A stretch of 64,000 nucleotides of DNA from an uncultured Planctomycetota bacterium (GTDB lineage: Bacteria > Planctomycetota > Planctomycetia > Pirellulales > Lacipirellulaceae). The DNA lies in assembly GCA_963719315.1 (NCBI GenBank), contig CAVRBU010000001.1, forward strand, positions 1-64,000, given 5' to 3'. Below the pieces are notes generated by a model. It was not told the DNA's origin and did not search any database. It saw only the letters and a list, made by a program, of their open reading frames with translations. Shown here piece by piece: positions 57,658 to 64,000 of this stretch (its first letter is position 1; each line of letters begins with the position of its first letter). Made by a program: the position numbers and the translations under genes.

Positions 57658-59784
57658 ATGACTGCGCAACTTTCTGAAGCCACCGCTCTGAGTTCGATGC
57701 AGACGACCGAGCCCGTCAACATCCTGGTCGTAGACAACGTCCCCGAAAAAATCGTGGCCATCGAAGCCACACTCGCGGAGTTGGGGCAAAATATCGTCAA
57801 AGCCCGGTCGGGCAACGAAGCGCTGGAGTGCCTGATGAAAGATGACTTTGCCGTCATCTTGCTCGACGTCAACATGCCGGAAATGGATGGTTTCGAAACG
57901 GCAGCTCTGATTCGCGAACGTTGCCGGTCCGAACACACGCCGATCATTTTCATTACCTCGTTCAATGACGACGTGCAAATGGCCCAAGGCTTTTCACTGG
58001 GAGCGGTCGACTTCATCTCGACGCCGATCGAGCCCGACGTATTACTCACCAAGGTGGGCGTGTTCGTCGATCTTTATCAAAAAACGGAAACGATTCGCGA
58101 GCAAGCCGGGCATCGCGCACAGTTGGCGCGTGAGCAAGCCGCCCGCCAGGTCGCGGAACGGGCGATGCGGCGTTCGGCGCTGCTGGCCGATGCGAGCTGT
58201 TTGCTATCGCGGTCCCTCGATTTCGACGCCACGCTCACCAGCTTGCACCGCACGATCGTGCCCGTCCTGGCCGATGGCTGTCAGCTCGTCCTGTTCGATG
58301 CCAACATGGATATCTGGTTCGCACACGTGCGGCCCGAAGAACCGTGCGATCGCAAGAATTCCTCGAGTTCCCACTCGCGAATTGAACAAGTTAATTCACA
58401 ATTGGCGGCGGTTGTTCGCGAGGCCGTCAAAAGCGGGCATGCCCAGCCGGTGGCGCCGGATACGGTGAGCAATGCGCCCGACCTGGGACCCAAAAGAACC
58501 TGGTCGAGCGTGATCGTCGCCCCGCTCATCGCGCGCGATATGCCGCTGGGGGCGATCGTGTGCTGTTTGTCGGGCTCGCGGCGGCACTTCGAGCCCACCG
58601 ATCTGGCGCTGATCGAAAACCTCTCCAGCCGCGCCGCGACGGCTCTCGACAATGCCCAGTTGTTTCAAACGATTCGCGAAGGCGAGCGGCGAAAAGACGA
58701 GTTCCTGGCGATGCTGGGGCACGAATTGCGCAACCCGCTGGCCGCCATTACGAACGCCGGCGAATTGACCCGTCTGCTCGAACCGAACGACGACTCTTAC
58801 GAAGAAGCTCTCGAGATTATCCGCCAGCAAGCCTCGCTCATGAAGCGCTTGGTCGACGATTTGCTGGACGTTTCTCGGATCACGAGTGGCCGCGTGCAAT
58901 TGCAGAAGTCGCTCGTCGACGCAGCCGAAATCGTCACCCGCGTTGCTGAATCCAATGATGTTCTGTTTTCCTCGCGCGGCCATAAGTTGCACCTGAAAGC
59001 GCCGCACGAAAAGGTGTATTTGGAAGCCGACCCTTATCGATTGGAACAAATCCTCTCGAATCTGCTCGTCAATTCGGCGAAGTACACCGATCCGGGCGGC
59101 GAAATTTGGTTCACCGCCGCACAAGAAGGCCAGGACGTTGTCTTCCGCGTTCGCGACTCCGGCATCGGCATGGGCCCCGACCTGCTCCCCAACGTGTTCG
59201 ATTTATTTGCCCAAGCCAATCGGTCGCTGCATCGCGCCGAAGGCGGACTGGGCATCGGCTTGACGATCGTCCGTGGTCTTGCGGAGCTGCATGGCGGACG
59301 GGTCTGGGCGATGAGCGAAGGATTCGGCCGGGGAGCGGAGTTCGTCGTATCCTTGCCGGCCTTGATTGAAGTGCCTAAGACAGGCGATTCCGAACCGCCC
59401 ATGCCGATCACCGCGACGACGCAACCACGCCGCGTGCTGGTCGTGGAAGACCAACAATCGCTTTCGCGCGTAACGGTGGCCCTGCTGCAAAAGCTGGGGC
59501 ACGAAGTCCGCTCCGCCGCCGATGGGCCGGAAGCATTGCTGGCGGTGCGCGAATACAATCCGGAGGTGGTGTTGCTCGATATCGGCCTGCCAGGCATGGA
59601 TGGCTACGAAGTGGCGCGCTGTTTGCGAAGCGAATGGGGCCAAGACGCGCCGATGCTGGTAGCAATGACCGGTTACAGCCAACACGAAATCAGCAGGCAC
59701 GCGCGGAGGGCCGAATTCGATCACCATTTGGTGAAGCCAGCCGACATCGGCGTACTAAAAGATTTGCTGACCCAAACCAAATAG
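57658..59784 (+). CDS. Hybrid histidine kinase (REC-GAF-HisKA-HATPase-REC)
   Basis: LLDVNMP, GHELRNPL, NSAKYT, DSGIG, GLGIGL, LLDIGLP. Confidence 0.95.
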   Translation: MTAQLSEATALSSMQTTEPVNILVVDNVPEKIVAIEATLAELGQNIVKARSGNEALECLMKDDFAVILLDVNMPEMDGFETAALIRERCRSEHTPIIFITSFNDDVQMAQGFSLGAVDFISTPIEPDVLLTKVGVFVDLYQKTETIREQAGHRAQLAREQAARQVAERAMRRSALLADASCLLSRSLDFDATLTSLHRTIVPVLADGCQLVLFDANMDIWFAHVRPEEPCDRKNSSSSHSRIEQVNSQLAAVVREAVKSGHAQPVAPDTVSNAPDLGPKRTWSSVIVAPLIARDMPLGAIVCCLSGSRRHFEPTDLALIENLSSRAATALDNAQLFQTIREGERRKDEFLAMLGHELRNPLAAITNAGELTRLLEPNDDSYEEALEIIRQQASLMKRLVDDLLDVSRITSGRVQLQKSLVDAAEIVTRVAESNDVLFSSRGHKLHLKAPHEKVYLEADPYRLEQILSNLLVNSAKYTDPGGEIWFTAAQEGQDVVFRVRDSGIGMGPDLLPNVFDLFAQANRSLHRAEGGLGIGLTIVRGLAELHGGRVWAMSEGFGRGAEFVVSLPALIEVPKTGDSEPPMPITATTQPRRVLVVEDQQSLSRVTVALLQKLGHEVRSAADGPEALLAVREYNPEVVLLDIGLPGMDGYEVARCLRSEWGQDAPMLVAMTGYSQHEISRHARRAEFDHHLVKPADIGVLKDLLTQTK

Positions 59785-60035
59785 CGATCGAAAGCGTACC
59801 TCCGAAGGCGTATTCGCATTTGTGAGTTGAAAAATGCCTCATCCTGCAATGTTGCGGAGTCGCAAAGTCGAACCTTGCTATCGCGAATAAGGTCGATTGT
59901 GCAGGCTATGCGGCTGATTTTGCAGTGAAGCGTTGCACCCTTCGCTTGCAAGCTGGGCCAGCCGCAGTTGAGAATAGATCAAGTGGCGGTTCTCGGCTGC
60001 GGATCGATAACCGAGAATGGATAGGAGTTGAAGCG

Positions 60036-61502
60036 ATGTCTCGTATCTTAGTAATCGACGATGATCGTTCGGTGCGACATCTGATCGCCAAGGCTTTCGA
60101 AGATAGCGAAGTGGAAGTTGTTCCCGCCGCTACCGCCGAAGAAGGCATGAAACTATTGGACAACCGTCAGTTCGATGTCGTGCTGCTCGATATCATGCTG
60201 CCGGAGTCTTCGGGTCTCGATCTGTTCGAACGCATTCACGAGATCGATTCGAAGCTTCCCATCATTTTCATCACATCGCTTTCCAGCAGCGAGACGGCCA
60301 TCAAGGCCATGACCTTGGGAGCGTTCGACTACCTGATGAAGCCGCTCGATTTGGCACGGATTCGCGACCTGGTGCGGCAAGGCCTGGAAATTCGGCGGCT
60401 CATGAACATCCCGGTCGAGATGCCCGGCGTTCACAACCTCAGCCAAAACGGGACAGCCGCGAATCGTAGCGACACGCTCGTTGGCAACAGCCAACAAATG
60501 CAGGAGGTCTACAAAGCGATCGGCCGCGTGGCGCCGCAGGATGTCACGGTGCTTATCCGGGGCGAAAGTGGTACGGGCAAGGAACTAGTTGCCCGCGCCC
60601 TGTACCAACACAGCCCGCGCGTGAAGGGGCAGTTTCTCGCCGTGAATTGTGCGGCGATTCCCGACGCCCTCTTGGAAAGCGAACTGTTCGGCCACGAGAA
60701 GGGCTCATTCACCGGCGCCGATCAACGCCGCATCGGGAAGTTCGAACAATGCTCGGGCGGCACGTTGTTCCTCGACGAAATCGGCGACATGTCGCCCCTC
60801 GTGCAAAGCAAAGTGTTGCGGGTGTTGCAGTCGCAGCAATTCGAGCGCGTCGGCGGCAACCAAACGATCACTACCGATGTCCGCGTCATCGCCGCGACGA
60901 ACCGGGACTTGGAAAAGATGGTCGAGGAGGGCGAATTCCGCTCCGATCTCTACTACCGGCTCAGCGGTTTCACGATTCAGTTGGCGCCGCTCCGCGAGCG
61001 GCCCGAGGATCTTGCGCCGCTGCTCGAAAACTATCTCGCCGCGTTTTGTAAGGAGCTCAATAAGGAAGTGCACGGATTCTCGCCCGAGGCCATGGAGGTG
61101 CTGCTGGATTACTCCTGGCCGGGAAACGTCCGTGAATTGCAAAACGTGTTGAAGCAGATTTTGCTTCGCTCGGCCGGCAACGTCGTGATTCCGGACTTCA
61201 TTCCCGATCGGGTTCGCTCGCCTGGGGCCGGCGCAACCGATTCCGGCGACGCCGGCGGAACGGACTTGAAGCAGTTCGTCGATGAGCGGCTTGCCGACGA
61301 CTCCACCGACTTGTACGCCGAAGCACTCGAATTCATGGAGCGATACGTCGTCACTCGCATCCTTCGCCTCTGCGAAGGCAATCAGTCGAAGGCTGCGCGG
61401 ATGCTCGGAATCACGCGCGGCTGCTTGCGGAGCAAGGTGAGGGCGCTAAAAGTTTCAATCGATACGCACGTGAAAGTGGAAGGCGAGCCAGTCGAAGTTT
61501 GA
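60036..61502 (+). CDS. sigma54-dependent NtrC-family response regulator
   Basis: REC, GESGTGKE, ESELFGHEKGSFTGA, LFLDEIG, WPGNVREL, Fis HTH. Confidence 0.95.
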   Translation: MSRILVIDDDRSVRHLIAKAFEDSEVEVVPAATAEEGMKLLDNRQFDVVLLDIMLPESSGLDLFERIHEIDSKLPIIFITSLSSSETAIKAMTLGAFDYLMKPLDLARIRDLVRQGLEIRRLMNIPVEMPGVHNLSQNGTAANRSDTLVGNSQQMQEVYKAIGRVAPQDVTVLIRGESGTGKELVARALYQHSPRVKGQFLAVNCAAIPDALLESELFGHEKGSFTGADQRRIGKFEQCSGGTLFLDEIGDMSPLVQSKVLRVLQSQQFERVGGNQTITTDVRVIAATNRDLEKMVEEGEFRSDLYYRLSGFTIQLAPLRERPEDLAPLLENYLAAFCKELNKEVHGFSPEAMEVLLDYSWPGNVRELQNVLKQILLRSAGNVVIPDFIPDRVRSPGAGATDSGDAGGTDLKQFVDERLADDSTDLYAEALEFMERYVVTRILRLCEGNQSKAARMLGITRGCLRSKVRALKVSIDTHVKVEGEPVEV

Positions 61503-61536
61503 GTCGCGCCGGCATTAACGCCCAAGATTCGGACAA

Positions 61537-61896
61537 CTACGGCCAATAACTCCGGATTGCCGCGATCAGCGAATCCAGCTCCGACTCCAGCAAGTTCAGT
61601 TGAACGGTCGCGTTGCTCAAGTCGCCCGTGTGCCCCGCATCTTCCAGAACCTGAGCGGCTTGGGAAGCTCGAACACCCCCGCCGTTGATGAGTAGACCCT
61701 TCAGCGCATGGGCCTTGTTCTGAACCACCGCAATGTTGCCCGCCAGAACGGCGGTTTGCAATTCCGAGAATAGCGGCGGCGCGTCTTCCAACAGAAACGA
61801 CGCCAATTCGGCGAATAGCTGTGTGTCTCCGCCCAGCCGCGCAAGCGTCCCTTCAACATCCAAAACCGATGCCGGCGCTATGCTGTCGATACTCAC
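61537..61896 (-). CDS. Stand-alone Hpt phosphotransfer protein
   Basis: LARLGGD..LF, AHALKG. Confidence 0.88.
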   Translation of the reverse strand: MSIDSIAPASVLDVEGTLARLGGDTQLFAELASFLLEDAPPLFSELQTAVLAGNIAVVQNKAHALKGLLINGGGVRASQAAQVLEDAGHTGDLSNATVQLNLLESELDSLIAAIRSYWP

Positions 61897-62038
61897 GGTT
61901 GAAGCCTCGAATAGTGCACCAACTCTTTGGCACTTGACGGCTCATGCAGCCCGCCGCTTCCATCATACTTACTCGCTCGGGCCAGTTGTAGCGCGAACCT
62001 CTGCGTTCGCCAACAAGTGAAATGTCGGCGCCACGAAA

Positions 62039-62221
62039 CTAGCGACAAGCGTTCGACGGCCAGGCAGCGGCACGGGGCGCCAAAATGAACTCGCGCAAAC
62101 GAATTGGCGCGTCGGGCGGCAACCCTCTGCGGCGGCGCTTTTCGTTGGCCGACCAGTTCCTGCGGATTCTCGCAGCTCGTTCGCGTACTTGTTCCAATTG
62201 GACAATTGTATTCGCAATCAT
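62039..62221 (-). CDS. Small basic hypothetical protein
   Basis: RAARIRRNWS..EKRRR; GAAGGA RBS. Confidence 0.55.
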   Translation of the reverse strand: MIANTIVQLEQVRERAARIRRNWSANEKRRRRGLPPDAPIRLREFILAPRAAAWPSNACR

Positions 62222-62262
62222 GTTCCTTCTCCGTTTTAGGATAACGATGCAATTACGCTGCC

Positions 62263-62583
62263 CTAGCGTGATTTGTTCGCCGCCTCCCGGCGTTTGCGTG
62301 TTTTAGCCGCTTTTTTGGCCGATGCGGAGCGCTCCGCTTTGGTGCGAGCGGCCGAGGCCCGGCCTCCCTTTTCGCCCCCTTTACGCGAGGGCTCTTTGTT
62401 CGTCGTCTTGCCGCGGCCTGAGCCGCCAGATTTCTTGCCGCCGTGCTCCGTGGCGTTTACGCTAGCCCACGCCCGCCGTTCAGCTTCCTTCTTGGATACA
62501 CCGCGGTCTTCGTAACCTTCCTCAATGTGTTCGGCCTTACGCTTTTGCTTGTCTGTGTATTTCGACTTGTCGCCCCGCGGCAT
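62263..62583 (-). CDS. Basic KGG-motif stress protein (MPRGDKSKYTDKQKR family)
   Basis: Recognised N-terminus, AERRAWA, RKGGEKGG. Confidence 0.85.
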   Translation of the reverse strand: MPRGDKSKYTDKQKRKAEHIEEGYEDRGVSKKEAERRAWASVNATEHGGKKSGGSGRGKTTNKEPSRKGGEKGGRASAARTKAERSASAKKAAKTRKRREAANKSR

Positions 62584-62696
62584 GATGCACCCCTTTCTCT
62601 CCAGTGCGTTGAATGGTCGATGGTTCCAACTTACTTTCTCAAACTTGCTCGGACTGGTATCTTTTCTCTTTGTCTCTTTGCATGCCGAGCGAGGGA

Positions 62697-62712
62697 TGCA
62701 ACTCGCATGCCG
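62697..62712 (-). promoter_or_regulatory. sigma54 promoter for the KGG gene
   Basis: CGGCATGCGAGTTGCA (GG-N10-GC). Confidence 0.65.
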
Positions 62713-62727
62713 ACGATTAGGCCGGAC

Positions 62728-62743
62728 CGGCACGCCAAGTGCG
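62728..62743 (+). promoter_or_regulatory. sigma54 promoter for 62824 gene
   Basis: CGGCACGCCAAGTGCG (GG-N10-GC). Confidence 0.6.
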
Positions 62744-62823
62744 ACATTATTTAAGCCTGTCGTTATGACGTATCGAAGCGACACGGGTTATTTCACGAGA
62801 ATTGACCGAAATGGAATAAAAAA

Positions 62824-63348
62824 ATGGCAACAAAAGCAATCGAGAATCCCCCTTTTGAAGTAGGCGTATTTTCCTCCGTGGAAGATGCACGGCGAGCCGT
62901 CCATTCGCTGTTGGAAGCTGGATTTCAGCGCGAGCACATTACGGTCGTCTGTTCGGATGATACGAAAGAGCGCTATTTCAGCGAGTTCGATCATCAGCAA
63001 CCCGCTGGCACGCACACGCCAACGGCGGCCATTACCGGGGGCACGATTGGTGCCGTTGTGGGCGGCCTGACCGTTATCGCATCAGCCCTGGCCACCGGAA
63101 GCTTGGCGTTGTGGGCAGCCGGCCCGATCACGGCCTGGGCCGGCGGCGTGGCCGGTGGGCTTGTCGGTGCGATGATGACCCGCGGTGTGGAAAAGGAATT
63201 AGCCAATTTCTATCAGCAAGCGGTTGTAGACGGACAGATTCTGGTCGCAGCCGAATGCCATGGCGCGAACTGTCAGCCGATTCTCGCGAACGCGGCCAGA
63301 ATCTTGGCTGACGCGGGCGCTGCACCGCTCCCGATGCGCGAGGGTTAG
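62824..63348 (+). CDS. General stress protein 17M-like membrane protein
   Basis: VGVFSS.EDARRAV..L..AGF...ITVV, glycine-zipper TM, Y...V..G.ILV. Confidence 0.75.
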   Translation: MATKAIENPPFEVGVFSSVEDARRAVHSLLEAGFQREHITVVCSDDTKERYFSEFDHQQPAGTHTPTAAITGGTIGAVVGGLTVIASALATGSLALWAAGPITAWAGGVAGGLVGAMMTRGVEKELANFYQQAVVDGQILVAAECHGANCQPILANAARILADAGAAPLPMREG

Positions 63349-63492
63349 CAGGAAACACGTTGGCGCTCATGACTGCATCGGTTCAGGTACCGGAGAAATG
63401 GAAAGTCGCTCCACCGCCTCGGGCGCTATGTGTCGCACTGTGTCGCACACTGAACTGTGAATGCTCCAATGCAGATGCTAGCACCTCCTATG

Positions 63493-63508
63493 TGGCACAC
63501 TAAGTGCT
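63493..63508 (+). promoter_or_regulatory. sigma54 promoter
   Basis: TGGCACACTAAGTGCT (GG-N10-GC). Confidence 0.65.
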
Positions 63509-63574
63509 TCTCAGGCCAACGCATGAAATGGATCGTGGTTCGGTTGTTCGTTGTTTTGCAAAGGAGGATTTGTC

Positions 63575-64000
63575 ATGTCACGAAAGTTAGGATTACTGCT
63601 GCTGGCCACCGCGGCTATCGGGATGACGCTCGTCGCGCCAAGCGATGCCCAGGCAAGATTCCGTCGCGGCGGTAGTTGGGGCAGTTCCGGCGGATCATGG
63701 GGCAGCTCTGGCGGTTCGTCGGGAAGCTGCGGAAGTTGGGGCGGTTCTCGCCGTTCCTGGGGAAGCTGCGGCGGAAGCGGTGGAAGCTGGGGCGGATACA
63801 GCAACGGTTGTTGCAGTAACGACAATGGATGCGGCTGCAATCAAACTAGCAACTGCGGGTGCGACCAAAACAATGAAAACAGCAACGTTGAACACGCCGA
63901 GCACCACGAGTCGAACTACCGTGGTCCACAATATGACGGATCCGATCACCGCATCATGGCTGCGCCTACGGAAGGCAACATAGAGCGGTCTTCCAATCGT
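63575..64000 (+). CDS. Secreted Gly/Ser/Trp/Cys-rich protein, runs off window (TIGR03000-type N-terminus possible)
   Basis: AGGAGG RBS; MSRKLGLLLLATAAIGMTLVAPSDAQA then GGSWGSSGGSWGSS and GCC/CGC; not in ORF track. Confidence 0.75.
   Translation, partial: MSRKLGLLLLATAAIGMTLVAPSDAQARFRRGGSWGSSGGSWGSSGGSSGSCGSWGGSRRSWGSCGGSGGSWGGYSNGCCSNDNGCGCNQTSNCGCDQNNENSNVEHAEHHESNYRGPQYDGSDHRIMAAPTEGNIERSSNR

Noticed and set aside
60690..60720. GSFTGA instead of GAFTGA as a sign of a sigma54-independent regulator
   Set aside because: GSFTGA is a common variant and the rest of the AAA+ motifs are intact
62263..62583. Toxin-antitoxin or plasmid stabilisation gene (a label often given to this family)
   Set aside because: No ParE/RelE features or partner; basic KGG protein in a stress-gene context

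Overview
64-kb window of GC-rich bacterial chromosome, very likely a planctomycete (Pirellulales-like: DUF1559 prepilin, DUF1501/DUF1800, dockerin/PEP-CTERM proteins). Left ~3.4 kb is the end of an integrated element with a Prim-Pol replication gene, a 34-bp direct repeat and a boundary at a truncated tRNA-Ser(CGA) 5' half. Then come core and metabolic genes: HIT, MacAB-type exporter, tRNA-Arg(CCG), FabH+GNAT, lactate permease, and a pgi-gnd-zwf-pgl-rpiB cluster with a DUF2090 aldolase-like gene and a GH63 glucosidase. A redoxin-cytochrome c-copper monooxygenase fusion faces an aldonolactone oxidase-like gene. At 42.4-54.4 kb is a cell-surface cluster (RpiR regulator, four GGATA-N3-TRTCC palindromes, DUF1559, three PEP-CTERM proteins, one with an internal PEP-CTERM plus a second signal peptide). 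The right end is a hybrid kinase/NtrC/Hpt phosphorelay beside small stress genes with four sigma54-type promoters. Many intergenic REP/MITE-like palindromes occur. Fourteen small indels, 11 at GCGC, look like long-read errors rather than pseudogenes. All calls are from motif recognition by eye; no searches were run.
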